From IMG/VR virus record IMGVR_UViG_3300049919_000267, positions 1-38,378 of that record: a stretch of DNA of 38,378 bases. The stretch is one strand, 5' to 3'. Shown one piece after another: positions 8,145 to 17,947 of the stretch. The position numbers were made by a program, and so were the translations under genes. The stretch comes from a virus (lineage: Duplodnaviria; Heunggongvirae; Uroviricota; Caudoviricetes). Every line of letters begins with the position of its first letter. Position 1 is the first letter of the stretch. The notes under the pieces were generated by a model that saw only the letters and a list, made by a program, of their open reading frames with translations, made no database searches and was not told where the DNA came from.

Positions 8145-8675
8145 ATGTCAGAAAATCAAGACAGAATGCAATCTATAATGAGTCAGGTTATTAATCAACT
8201 TAAAGCCAGAGGTATTAAAGTAAATGGCGCAGCTATTTTGGATCTTAATGGGCAACCAAATACAGATGAACCACCAATAAATCCATTTGCTGATAAAGCA
8301 TTAAAAGAAATTTTTGAAAAAATAAATGAAAAAGTAAAATCAGCTTCTATGCCTGAAAATACTGAAGAAAGATCAGAAGATAATATTCCTTGTTTTTGTC
8401 CTAATTGTTTAAAGTTTGAAAACTTTGAAGAAGTTCTTGGTAAAAATATGAATTACAGTTATTCAGAGTTTCAAGTAGGTGGAAAAACTTTTAAAGTAAA
8501 ATATGCAGTTGATCCTAAAAATGGTGAAGAAGAGTTAGTGATTCAAGAACAAGAACCATCAACAGAAAATATGAGTAGAGAGAGTTTACAAGAGCAATTG
8601 AATTTAGCAGTGCAAAATAAGCAATTCAATAAAGCTCAATTATTTTTAACAGCTTTAAATAAATTAAAAAACTAA
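8145..8675 (+). CDS. Hypothetical protein with a CPNC motif and a C-terminal UVR-like helical hairpin
   Basis: CFCPNC mid-protein. LQEQLNLAVQNKQFNKAQ resembles the UvrB/UvrC interaction motif. Confidence 0.6.
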   Translation: MSENQDRMQSIMSQVINQLKARGIKVNGAAILDLNGQPNTDEPPINPFADKALKEIFEKINEKVKSASMPENTEERSEDNIPCFCPNCLKFENFEEVLGKNMNYSYSEFQVGGKTFKVKYAVDPKNGEEELVIQEQEPSTENMSRESLQEQLNLAVQNKQFNKAQLFLTALNKLKN

Positions 8676-8676
8676 T

Positions 8677-9072
8677 ATGTCAAAACACTTTATTTACACA
8701 AGAATAGACAAAGTTTATAAGAAAGATGCTGAAGGAAAAGCAATTCCTAAAATGACAACAATAGAATTAGAAGATGGAACAAAAGAGGATAGACAAGTTC
8801 CAAATCAATTTGAAATTGAAGAAGTAGAACTTAAAGATTCTTTTAATATTGATTATATAATCAGAACACATTCAATTAGTGAAAACAAAATTATTGTTCT
8901 ACTTGATGATGGACATGAAATTACAGAAAAAACTCCGGTTTTAAAAAATCCTAAAAAACCTGCTATTTCAAGTAATATTACTGAAACAAAGGAAAGAGTT
9001 TGGGTTCAATCAGAGATTTCTATCACTAAGCCAGAAGAAATTAAAAGATATTTTGAAGTTATAAGTTCATAA
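8677..9072 (+). CDS. Hypothetical protein, crAss-like
   Basis: FIYTR..KDSFNID.IIRT..VLLDD.HE..QSEI resembles, from memory, a protein of environmental crAss-like phages. Confidence 0.65.
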   Translation: MSKHFIYTRIDKVYKKDAEGKAIPKMTTIELEDGTKEDRQVPNQFEIEEVELKDSFNIDYIIRTHSISENKIIVLLDDGHEITEKTPVLKNPKKPAISSNITETKERVWVQSEISITKPEEIKRYFEVISS

Positions 9073-9091
9073 ATAGCTTTTCTTTCGTAAT

Positions 9092-9134
9092 AAAATACCC
9101 AACTTGATTAATTTCAGGTTGGGTATTTTTTTTT
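9092..9134. terminator. Intrinsic terminator between the convergent modules, probably bidirectional
   Basis: AAAATACCCAAC (9092-9103) pairs with GTTGGGTATTTT (9118-9129) and the stem extends inward. T9 tail on +, TTTTATT on -. Confidence 0.85.
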
Positions 9135-9149
9135 AACTGTGAGAGATAG

Positions 9150-9434
9150 TTAGTTAAAACAAGTCCAGAAAGATATAATATTTATAGCATTTACAGACTT
9201 AGAAAAATCTATTTTAAGCCCAAGTTTATAGTGGGACTTTCGAATTGCTTTAATAATAAAAGGTTTAAGTTTTTCATCAGAAGGGATTATTTGGAAGCCT
9301 AAAGAATCTAACTTTTGAATTACTGTTAATTTTGCATCTTCATCAATAGAATTAATTACATATTCTACATGATTTAAATATGCAGCATCATTATCCTTAA
9401 TAAGTTTTGGAATGTTGATTTTTTCAACTATCAT
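9150..9434 (-). CDS. Hypothetical protein, last gene of the virion module
   Basis: 94-aa ORF with an AT-rich start context that ends at the terminator. Confidence 0.7.
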   Translation of the reverse strand: MIVEKINIPKLIKDNDAAYLNHVEYVINSIDEDAKLTVIQKLDSLGFQIIPSDEKLKPFIIKAIRKSHYKLGLKIDFSKSVNAINIISFWTCFN

Positions 9435-9451
9435 TGGTTTAATTTATTGAA

Positions 9452-10030
9452 TTAAATACTTCCCAAAATATTTGTTTCTTTGTTATTGAATGTAAAAGTA
9501 TGTTGTAATGGAGTAACATTGGTATCAGTACCAGCAAAAACATGCCCACCTGTAATAGTTAAATTTTCGGTTAAATTAACGCCATCATAAACTATAACTA
9601 TTATTTCAGAATTACTTTTACTTGGTCTAAAAGAACCAGTAAAAACATCACTTGGAATAACATTTTGGTCTACAACAAGATTACCGTTGTCAAAGATTTT
9701 TAAATACCCTGTTGAACCACTTTGAATACCTGAAATTGACCAATTAATTAAAGCACAACAATTAGGTGCTTGAATTTCTTGATAGTTAATACCTTCTTGC
9801 ATTTTAGGCCATGATTTTCTTTTAATTAAAGAACCATCAACAGGTTTATTAAGACCATCTAATTGTATAAAGTACCTCCAACCACAAGAACATTCTAGAC
9901 TAGGAGGATTACAACAAATAGGTATAATTTCAACCCAATTACGCCCTGGTTTTGATTTTCTTCTAACATTTGAACCTAAAATTGGTTCTTTCTTATTGTT
10001 ATCTATTCTGTAAAAGAATTTAAGTTTCAT
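9452..10030 (-). CDS. Putative virion protein with a duplicated N-terminal module
   Basis: FFYRIDNNKKEPILGSNVRRKSKP and YFIQLDGLNKPVDGSLIKRKSWP are joined by a CC..CSC linker. The C-terminus is beta-rich. Confidence 0.65.
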   Translation of the reverse strand: MKLKFFYRIDNNKKEPILGSNVRRKSKPGRNWVEIIPICCNPPSLECSCGWRYFIQLDGLNKPVDGSLIKRKSWPKMQEGINYQEIQAPNCCALINWSISGIQSGSTGYLKIFDNGNLVVDQNVIPSDVFTGSFRPSKSNSEIIVIVYDGVNLTENLTITGGHVFAGTDTNVTPLQHTFTFNNKETNILGSI

Positions 10031-10048
10031 TTTATTATTTATTATCTG

Positions 10049-11068
10049 TTATACAAGAGTGTTACATTCTTTATAGGTGGTCTTTCTGCAAACATAATTA
10101 CCAGGGCCAGCAGTAGTATCCAATGAGTAATCAGTAGGACAAGTAGAAACATCAAATGATGTACCTCTTAAACTTGCTGAATGAAATGGGATATTAAGAT
10201 CTAAATCTGTAGTCGCAGCAGCTATTTCAGCAGCAGTATTATCATAAATTACCATACCAACAGCATCATTTATAGATCCATCTCCAGTACCTATTACGTT
10301 GATAAAATTAATACCAGCAACTACTGTTACTGGGATAATATGCCAAATTTTAAATTGTCTATCTCCACCCGTACCACTATCAGCTACTTGTGTACCATTT
10401 ACAACAACTTGAAACTGATTATCTCCACCAACGCCAATATAAATTGTTTTAGGAACTAATAAAACATTATTATAAGCATAAGCTATTGTAGTTTGTACTC
10501 CGGGAGATAAAGCATTTGGGGAACCATCACAATTACTATCAATCCAAACACCTTCTCTATTAAGAGGGCCAACTGAAATAGAAGATCCAGTGTTTTGCCA
10601 TTGCCCAGATAAAGTTAAATCTGCATATACTTCTGGATCTGATACATAAGGAAGTAAATTTAATGTTCCTGTATTAAACCCAGAGTTATATATTCTTGAC
10701 TCAAATGTACTATAAACTACATTTTGAGAAGTAGCTAAACAATATCCAGAATTTGTAATTGTTGGAGGTATTGATTCATTTAAAACACATTCTATCCCAC
10801 TTGGAGCTATAATATACCCTGAAGTTGTACAACCACATGGAGTTTGCCAGAAAAAGAAAGTACTTGTTAAAGCTCCACAATCTCTTTGAATATATCCTTC
10901 ATATAAAGTACCAACAGGATCTGCGGTATTTATTTCAATAGGCATACTTACAAAAGGGCCACTTACAGTGTAAGCACCAGGGTTTCCTAAAATTTTATAT
11001 CCCACAATCCAACCATCGGCCGGAACACCAGCAGGTGTAGGGCTATTTAATGTTATTTTTACTGCCAT
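10049..11068 (-). CDS. Putative Cys-rich virion/tail protein (N-terminal beta-sandwich plus beta-rich core)
   Basis: Thr/Gly/Val-rich with 9 Cys, including two C-x2-3-(G/D)Y...C modules. Located in the structural block. Confidence 0.6.
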   Translation of the reverse strand: MAVKITLNSPTPAGVPADGWIVGYKILGNPGAYTVSGPFVSMPIEINTADPVGTLYEGYIQRDCGALTSTFFFWQTPCGCTTSGYIIAPSGIECVLNESIPPTITNSGYCLATSQNVVYSTFESRIYNSGFNTGTLNLLPYVSDPEVYADLTLSGQWQNTGSSISVGPLNREGVWIDSNCDGSPNALSPGVQTTIAYAYNNVLLVPKTIYIGVGGDNQFQVVVNGTQVADSGTGGDRQFKIWHIIPVTVVAGINFINVIGTGDGSINDAVGMVIYDNTAAEIAAATTDLDLNIPFHSASLRGTSFDVSTCPTDYSLDTTAGPGNYVCRKTTYKECNTLV

Positions 11069-11082
11069 TTTTATTTATTATT

Positions 11083-11715
11083 TTATGCTACTTCTATAGC
11101 TGTTGCCGTAATTGCTGTACAAGGTACACAAATATCTTCAGTTGTTAAAAAATCAATACTCATACAAGAAGTATTAAGTTGATCTGCATCTGAACTAATA
11201 ATCTCAACTCCATTTAGAGTTGTATAAAGTTCAGTTTCCCAGTAATATGTTGTACCTGGAGTAAGCCCTGTTGCAGTATATGTAATACTGTTAGCAGCTA
11301 CATTTACAACAGTTGGGCCAGAAACTACTGAATCATCAGACTCTAAATGTAAAGTAAATCTTGCTTTTGTTATATCAAGCCCAAGTACATTTAATGTAAT
11401 AGTAGCTGTTGTTGTAGTTTGAGATAAAGTAGGAGTAATACAAATAAATTTAAATCCTTCTATATCTCCATTATCATTACTTGTTGGCCCACCAACAGTA
11501 CAAATACACTGAACTCTGAATTGCCAGATCTTGTTTTCAGCAAGAACCGGGGATGTAGCAGAAGAAGCAGTTTTTGGTAAATCATTAGCTGGGGTAAAGC
11601 CTGTTGTACTAAAAACTCCACCAACAGATTTTTGTCTATAAGACACTCTCTGTGATACAGAATTAGGGTTGACTAATACAGCAGCATTGAACCAGTTTAA
11701 ATTAAATAGTGCCAA
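11083..11715 (-). CDS. Fibronectin type III-like virion protein (TTG start)
   Basis: FN3 signature TATGLTPGTTYYWE, with a probable second beta-sandwich N-terminally. Confidence 0.65.
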   Translation of the reverse strand: MALFNLNWFNAAVLVNPNSVSQRVSYRQKSVGGVFSTTGFTPANDLPKTASSATSPVLAENKIWQFRVQCICTVGGPTSNDNGDIEGFKFICITPTLSQTTTTATITLNVLGLDITKARFTLHLESDDSVVSGPTVVNVAANSITYTATGLTPGTTYYWETELYTTLNGVEIISSDADQLNTSCMSIDFLTTEDICVPCTAITATAIEVA

Positions 11716-11734
11716 TTTTTAAAGTTTAATATTT

Positions 11735-12421
11735 TTAATATACTATGTTTAAGCTATCTCCTGCTCTATACAACATACCTACAGTTAAACCTGCCCCAAG
11801 TGCAGCAGTATTATTTGCATAAACAGGAACATTACTAACAGTGATTCTTTGTGCAAGATCATCTATTGTTATTTTTGTATTATTTCCAGAACTAGCTGCA
11901 TCTATATCACCTATTTCATATTTTTGATTAGCTATATCTAGTTTAAGATAATTATATTTATTAAAAGCAGTACCTGCTACAGCTCTAATCATACTTTGAT
12001 CTGGACTTACATATAATCTAACATATCCCTTATTTCCTTGAATATCCCCAAGAATTACTTGATTAGATGTAAAATCAGTAGTTCCTACTCCTAATCCAAC
12101 ACCATTTTTAGAATATCTATCTAGTGTATAATTTAACTGAACTTCTGTTGAATTTCCATTAGTAAAATCGTCAAAAACAAATGTATTTCCATTCATATCA
12201 AATATTCTACTAGTAGTAGATGTGTCATCTTCTTCTGTAAAACCAAATCTTTGTCCACTTACACCTTCAGGAGTGAAAGAATCGTCACAACATGGGTCAG
12301 TATATCCAATATTAAGGTATTTTAATACTGACTTAAATAACTCAATTACTTTTACTCCTAACGCATTTTTAGCAGTAGATAATAATCCACTTTGAAATCT
12401 TAAATCTTTTAAATTTTTCAT
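11735..12421 (-). CDS. Short tail fibre/spike-like protein
   Basis: The C-terminal [31 protein letters not shown] resembles phage fibre tip motifs. Repeated (L/I)GDI beta units. Confidence 0.55.
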   Translation of the reverse strand: MKNLKDLRFQSGLLSTAKNALGVKVIELFKSVLKYLNIGYTDPCCDDSFTPEGVSGQRFGFTEEDDTSTTSRIFDMNGNTFVFDDFTNGNSTEVQLNYTLDRYSKNGVGLGVGTTDFTSNQVILGDIQGNKGYVRLYVSPDQSMIRAVAGTAFNKYNYLKLDIANQKYEIGDIDAASSGNNTKITIDDLAQRITVSNVPVYANNTAALGAGLTVGMLYRAGDSLNIVY

Positions 12422-13317
12422 TTAAGTCCTATTAAATTTTTAATTATTAAAGAGTCATATTGATAAGTTGTACATCCATAAACAGAAGTACCAATCCACC
12501 ATTTTCCATCAGGTTCTCCATAAGAATATCCCATAATAGGAGCTATTCCGTTTCCACCTGGATTATATTCAGCTATAAAATTACAATTAGCATCATATAG
12601 AGTTTGATGATATAAACCTGCTGTATGTCCACCTTCATGTGACATTGCTTCCCCAATATGTTTTTGATTATAATTTAATAAAGCAGAGAATACAAAACAA
12701 GGAACTTCAAATCCCCATCCCCATGATTCCCTATAAGATGTTCCACCAGTGTTTCCGTACCAAGCACTGTATTGAGTTATAATAACTCTTTGTCTTTTTG
12801 TACTTGGAGCTGCAAAATAAACAGTTGAATCAGTTGTTACATTTACATTAAATGAATTATAGTCTTTTTTAACTTCAACTAACATATTTGTAATTTCTGT
12901 AGCAGACATACCAGAAGGTGTGCAATAAAAAGGTACACCACTGTTCCAATAATTAGTACTAACACTTTGACCATCAAAATCTAAAAATAATATCCAAGCA
13001 GCAGGAGGTGGAGGAGGTGGAGGTGGGGGTGCAATATAAGAATCACAAGCATCACCAATACCATCTTTATCAACATCTATTTGATCTGGATTGTAAGCTT
13101 TAGGACAATTATCTAAATTATCTGCAATTCCATCTTTATCAGTATCTCTGATTCTCCCTACAAAAGATGTTTCTGATAATTCACCTCTTTTTATAGTATT
13201 ATAATTTCCTTGTAGAAAATCACATACTTCAGGGTTATCATCTTTAATTCTAGGTGCATTAGTTTTATTACAACTAAATAATAAGACAACTAATAAAAAG
13301 AATAGTATTTTTTTCAT
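12418..13317 (-). CDS. Lipoprotein zinc metalloprotease (metzincin) with thrombospondin type-3 repeats and a poly-Pro linker
   Basis: Signal peptide [18 protein letters not shown]; [15 protein letters not shown] and [12 protein letters not shown]; nine prolines; [11 protein letters not shown] (HExxHxxGxxH, nt 12607-12639); Met-turn PIMGY. Confidence 0.85.
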   Translation of the reverse strand: MKKILFFLLVVLLFSCNKTNAPRIKDDNPEVCDFLQGNYNTIKRGELSETSFVGRIRDTDKDGIADNLDNCPKAYNPDQIDVDKDGIGDACDSYIAPPPPPPPPPAAWILFLDFDGQSVSTNYWNSGVPFYCTPSGMSATEITNMLVEVKKDYNSFNVNVTTDSTVYFAAPSTKRQRVIITQYSAWYGNTGGTSYRESWGWGFEVPCFVFSALLNYNQKHIGEAMSHEGGHTAGLYHQTLYDANCNFIAEYNPGGNGIAPIMGYSYGEPDGKWWIGTSVYGCTTYQYDSLIIKNLIGLK

Positions 13318-13326
13318 AATTAATAT

Positions 13327-14598
13327 TTAACAAGCATAAGCTGTACAAGTACTTGGAATAACCATTGTAAGTTGTTGACCATTAAAATTTAATATAGTTC
13401 CGTTTGTAACAAAACTACCATTAACAGTTCCACTATTAATAAACTTCTTTTTCTTTGATGCACAGGTTAAACCATTATTTAACAATGAACCAGAAGTTGC
13501 TCCAGCATTAATTGTTAACGTATCAGCCATATCATCTGTTTCAGTAGCTTGTGTACATAGCACTCCACCATTAACTTTAAAAGAATTAAATTGTAAGGCT
13601 GTCATAAATGCACCATTTAAAGTTACTATCCATGCCCCTGCTACATAATTAAGAGTAGCTGTTCTTGCAGGTTTTGCAGGAGTAGCAGTTTTTACTGTTT
13701 TCCATTCAAGATTTATACCGTCACTTTTCCAATCTTCATAAGATAGACTATGTTCGTAGGTATGTGTACTATTTTCAAATACTACTGCTGTTTTATTTAT
13801 ATTAAACACTAATGTTTGATAAGGAATAGTTATATCTTCTTTAGAAACAAAGGTTGTTTCATCAGTAGATTTATTCCTTTTTATTACTTGATAAATTCCT
13901 TTTACAGAAGGTAATGAACAAGGAGGTGTGTTCCCACTACCCGAACCACTACCACAGTTAACAGAACTTTGAGTAGATTTAGTAAAAGTTATGTCTGCAC
14001 GTAATTCTCCTGAACCATTAACAGTACCTGTACCTGTAGTTGTAGAATAAGTAGGTTTACTTAATCCTGTTGAAGCATCAACTGCTGAAAGTATTCCATA
14101 ATAAAACCAAATATCATCTAAAGTTGCACAATAAGTTGCACTAGTATCTGTATTATTTGTAGTTAATACAATTCTTATAAAATAATCTCCAATTAAATTA
14201 TCATATGAGGGGTCAGTACCAAATGTAGGTTGAGGTAAATAAGTCCATGATTGACATGTCTTACTTCCTGTTCCTGTAATAGGGTTAAGATTTAGATTAC
14301 CTAATTTAAATGGTACTCCATTAGCATCCCAAAGTTCATAATTAATAGTCCATGTTGAACCTGCTGGAAGATTAAAAGAATATTTAAATGCTGTATTAAT
14401 TACTACAGATGATGAAACTGCAATAGTAAAAACATTACTTTGAAAGTAATATAATTTAGTATTATTAAATCCCAATCCTGTACCACAGGTTGAGTATGCA
14501 CCATCATTTGTAGAACAAAAATTACCTGCTGTTCTAGGTAGATTAGTATTGGCTGTTCCTTGCCCAACTAATGCTCCTGTCCAATGTACTTCTCCCAT
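13327..14598 (-). CDS. Putative Thr/Gly/Ser/Cys-rich virion protein
   Basis: 423 aa, beta-rich composition, 10 Cys, inside the structural block. Confidence 0.6.
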   Translation of the reverse strand: MGEVHWTGALVGQGTANTNLPRTAGNFCSTNDGAYSTCGTGLGFNNTKLYYFQSNVFTIAVSSSVVINTAFKYSFNLPAGSTWTINYELWDANGVPFKLGNLNLNPITGTGSKTCQSWTYLPQPTFGTDPSYDNLIGDYFIRIVLTTNNTDTSATYCATLDDIWFYYGILSAVDASTGLSKPTYSTTTGTGTVNGSGELRADITFTKSTQSSVNCGSGSGSGNTPPCSLPSVKGIYQVIKRNKSTDETTFVSKEDITIPYQTLVFNINKTAVVFENSTHTYEHSLSYEDWKSDGINLEWKTVKTATPAKPARTATLNYVAGAWIVTLNGAFMTALQFNSFKVNGGVLCTQATETDDMADTLTINAGATSGSLLNNGLTCASKKKKFINSGTVNGSFVTNGTILNFNGQQLTMVIPSTCTAYAC

Positions 14599-14616
14599 AT
14601 TTTTAAAATTTTAAGT

Positions 14617-15159
14617 TTAAATCCAAGTTCCATATAAATCAATTGGCTCAATAATAGCATGTTGAAACTCTAATTCACCTGCACCATCAAAATCTATATA
14701 ATCTATATCTATTGAATCTGAGTTAAAAGGTGCGCCTGAATTAATAGTTTCAGTACGAACTCTTGCTGCTGTATTAAATCCAACATTTTCATAAGAAAGT
14801 ATATTATCACTTTTAAAAAAAACAAATGTTTTTGAGTGAGTCATTAATAGTTCAAGGGTATATGTACCAACTGTTTGTAATTGCCAAGCAAATACAACAA
14901 CTCCTCCCATACTTAAAGAAAACTCAATAAAAGCATCTACTGAATTAACAGATAATAATATTGTTATTTTCTTAGCTCTTCTTACCAAATTAGTATCAAT
15001 AGTATTTTTAGGAATTAATAATAAAGGGTCATTAAGAAGACTATAAGTGCTTCCAGAAAAAGCAAAAGCTATTCCTTCACTTGCCTGTTGACCTTCAAAT
15101 TGAATTATATAAGGTCTTGTAAAATAATTGTCTATATCACCGTATATACTATATCCCAT
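14617..15159 (-). CDS. Hypothetical protein, probably structural
   Basis: 180-aa ORF whose start overlaps the stop of the tail-spike gene. Confidence 0.65.
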   Translation of the reverse strand: MGYSIYGDIDNYFTRPYIIQFEGQQASEGIAFAFSGSTYSLLNDPLLLIPKNTIDTNLVRRAKKITILLSVNSVDAFIEFSLSMGGVVVFAWQLQTVGTYTLELLMTHSKTFVFFKSDNILSYENVGFNTAARVRTETINSGAPFNSDSIDIDYIDFDGAGELEFQHAIIEPIDLYGTWI

Positions 15160-17942
15160 TATAAGTAGTTTGTTATGTTAGTGTCAACTGTTAATACTCC
15201 TTGTTGATTAATATTTGTTACATTATGAACAAGATTTGATAATACATCTTTACAATAGATGTTTTGAGTAGGTGCTGATGCATCAATTGAATAAGTTCCT
15301 GCTCCTACTAATATTACATCTTTTAACATAGCTGCACTACCTGAATTATCAAGATAAACAACTGATGAACCATCCAATGCTTTAAATTTTCCTTTAATAC
15401 TAACATTACCATGATATGTATATCCTGTAATACCTATACCTTCTGATATACAATAACCTGTTACAGCTATAGCATTGTCAACTTCTATGTTAAAAGTTGG
15501 TTTATTTGCAGTTGTAATAACACCATTTGTAATTGGTAAACCTATAATACAATTACCCCCAAGTACAGATGTACCAGTTGCAACAGAATAAGGTTTTTTA
15601 ATTATATTACCTAATTTTAGGTTAACAAAGTTATTTGAACTTGAAGCATTAGCAGGAAGTACATTTCTTCCATCAATTATTTGTGCTTCAACATCTCCAT
15701 TATCTATTCTAAAGTTAAATATGCAATTATTAAATACTAATGTATTGCTGTTAGCATTATTTAAATTTATTAAATTATTCCAATGGTTTCCAGTTGTAGT
15801 AGCTGCTCTTGTTTCTTTAAGGTTTTTTATATGAACATTGGTAAGAATATTAGTACCTCCCCCAAAACCTTGTGAACCAACTAGAGTTCCATAAATATAT
15901 AATGCAGATTCTATATACATATTATCTACAGTAAAACTAAATTCTTTTTGTCTTGTATTAGTCATTGCTCCACCATAATGAATAAAACTTCTTGAATTAC
16001 TTATACCTGTATCAATTGTAGCTAATGGATATGGTGAAAATTTATTACCATGAATAGCATGTTTAATATCAACAGATATAGTTGATGGTGTACCATCTCC
16101 TTCTCTTGTTTCTCCACCTGAGTAAATAACAGAAGTAGTTATATCTCCATACCATCTATTAATTTTAAGTGTGATATTTTTCTTATTGAATACATATCCC
16201 CATGCTCTGTTTGCTACTACATTGTTTGCCTCAAAATTAAATGTAAGATTAGCATTATTAACCTCCATAAATCTTTGTGATAATCCTTGAGCAGAACCAT
16301 ATGGTGTTAGGAAATTTCCACTACCGTAAAATCCACTTGTAAATGCTGTATCTGTTCCATCAACATTATAAATTATTCTTATAGCTACAGATTTTGCAAG
16401 ATTTAAAAGAGTTGAATTTGGATTAAAATAATAATCTATATTATTTTTTGCCAAAGATGACATATCAGTATATGATGTAAATTTAATATCTGGTGTTTCA
16501 TTAATTGCTGGATTTCCAGTAGAATCACCATTTAGAGATAATGTATTAGCACCGTATGTCCATGTATTTCCACCATTTATAATAACCAAAGCTTTTTTAA
16601 TAGTACCTGCTGTCATTGCTTCCATTGCTGCATTTCTAGCAGCCCAAGGGTCAGGATATGCTTTATTAGCATCTCCCATTCTTGCAGCTTGTAATTGCTG
16701 CATATAACCTGCATTAGTAGAAGTAATAGAGGCAACCGTATATAAAGAATTTGAAAATCTGGCATCACCAATACCTGAATAGTTTTTACTTACATAAAAT
16801 ACACCTACATTATCAGTAGTGCCTACATAATTATTTATTATTGTAGCTCCTTGTAATTCCATATCATCAATTAAGAAGCCTAATGTTCCTCCAGTACCTG
16901 TAGTAGTAATATGCAAATTATCAATTATATCAGATGGAGTTAAACCAAATTCACTAAGAGGTATTACTATTCTTTGATATGTAGCAGTTTGAGAAGAATT
17001 AAATCCAAATGTGTTATTTGAAAAAGGTACATTTAAACCAATATTTGTAGTACTATTTCTAAATTGAAAATTTAAAATTCTATTATTGTTCCAAGTAGCC
17101 TTACTTTTAATGTAGAAAATTAAAACTGTTTTATCTAAAAGAGGGCTAAATGTAGAAATTCTTGTTAAGGTAAGAGTATCATTTGCTAATACACCTGTAG
17201 CATTAATATCTACAGTACCATTATTAGGGGTTAAAACTCCTGCCACATTTATTCTTCCTGCATTTGAAGATGTTGCTGCCCATTCTGTAGGAGTACCAAC
17301 ATTCTCACGATAAATATACTCTTGCTGTAAACCAACAGGTTGTGTTGTATTTGCAGTAACCAAAGCAAAAGAAGCTTGAATTTGAGTACCTGTATTAATG
17401 TATGGTAATTCAGGATTTGCTGAAGCAGTACCAGTAATAGCAACTGCTGTACCTAAATTTGTTAATGCAAAAGCATCCAATCTATTATTTGTAACATCAG
17501 CAGCAGCTAAAGTAATTTCAGTATATGGAGAAGTGTATCGTACACTATTAATGTAATAAATTGCAGGGGATACAGAGTATGTATATCCTGAAATCCAAGT
17601 AACAATACCACCTTCTATAATACCACGATCAATTGGAGAAAGTAATGAATCTGCAATTAATGGGTCAAGTTCTGTTCCATCTCCAGATAAAGCTATAGTA
17701 GGACTATTTTGTTTAAATAATGAAAATGATCCACCACCTCCACCACTAGAGATATAGGTAGCTCCATCCCATACATAAGTTTCTCCTGTAGAATTATCTA
17801 CATATAAGGTATCTGCTACTCCTATTATCGGAAATAATTCAAAAGTATCAAAAAATAATGTTGATTTGATACAGCAAAATTTTTTATTAATATCTTTATA
17901 TTGTCTCTCCAATTTGGAGACTCTTTCATTAAAAGTGGCCAT
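15159..17942 (-). CDS. Tail fibre/tailspike (anchor domain, carbohydrate-binding-like sandwich, beta-helix-like C-terminal half)
   Basis: N-terminal FP..G..LYVD..TG.TY.WDG.Y..GGGG anchor motif; central YQRIVIPLSEFGL..FLIDDMELQG CBM-like segment; Asn/Ile/Gly-rich beta repeats. Confidence 0.7.
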   Translation of the reverse strand: MATFNERVSKLERQYKDINKKFCCIKSTLFFDTFELFPIIGVADTLYVDNSTGETYVWDGATYISSGGGGGSFSLFKQNSPTIALSGDGTELDPLIADSLLSPIDRGIIEGGIVTWISGYTYSVSPAIYYINSVRYTSPYTEITLAAADVTNNRLDAFALTNLGTAVAITGTASANPELPYINTGTQIQASFALVTANTTQPVGLQQEYIYRENVGTPTEWAATSSNAGRINVAGVLTPNNGTVDINATGVLANDTLTLTRISTFSPLLDKTVLIFYIKSKATWNNNRILNFQFRNSTTNIGLNVPFSNNTFGFNSSQTATYQRIVIPLSEFGLTPSDIIDNLHITTTGTGGTLGFLIDDMELQGATIINNYVGTTDNVGVFYVSKNYSGIGDARFSNSLYTVASITSTNAGYMQQLQAARMGDANKAYPDPWAARNAAMEAMTAGTIKKALVIINGGNTWTYGANTLSLNGDSTGNPAINETPDIKFTSYTDMSSLAKNNIDYYFNPNSTLLNLAKSVAIRIIYNVDGTDTAFTSGFYGSGNFLTPYGSAQGLSQRFMEVNNANLTFNFEANNVVANRAWGYVFNKKNITLKINRWYGDITTSVIYSGGETREGDGTPSTISVDIKHAIHGNKFSPYPLATIDTGISNSRSFIHYGGAMTNTRQKEFSFTVDNMYIESALYIYGTLVGSQGFGGGTNILTNVHIKNLKETRAATTTGNHWNNLINLNNANSNTLVFNNCIFNFRIDNGDVEAQIIDGRNVLPANASSSNNFVNLKLGNIIKKPYSVATGTSVLGGNCIIGLPITNGVITTANKPTFNIEVDNAIAVTGYCISEGIGITGYTYHGNVSIKGKFKALDGSSVVYLDNSGSAAMLKDVILVGAGTYSIDASAPTQNIYCKDVLSNLVHNVTNINQQGVLTVDTNITNYL

Positions 17943-17947
17943 TTTTA

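Noticed and set aside
13004-13030. GC-rich (GGA/GGT)n tract as a phase-variable repeat or G-quadruplex
   Set aside because: It is explained by nine Pro codons with mixed third positions, so it is not a perfect microsatellite.
9150-17942. Diversity-generating retroelement or invertible tail cassette
   Set aside because: I saw no reverse transcriptase, recombinase, template/variable repeat pair or flanking inverted repeats in the window. A long-repeat self-alignment was not run.
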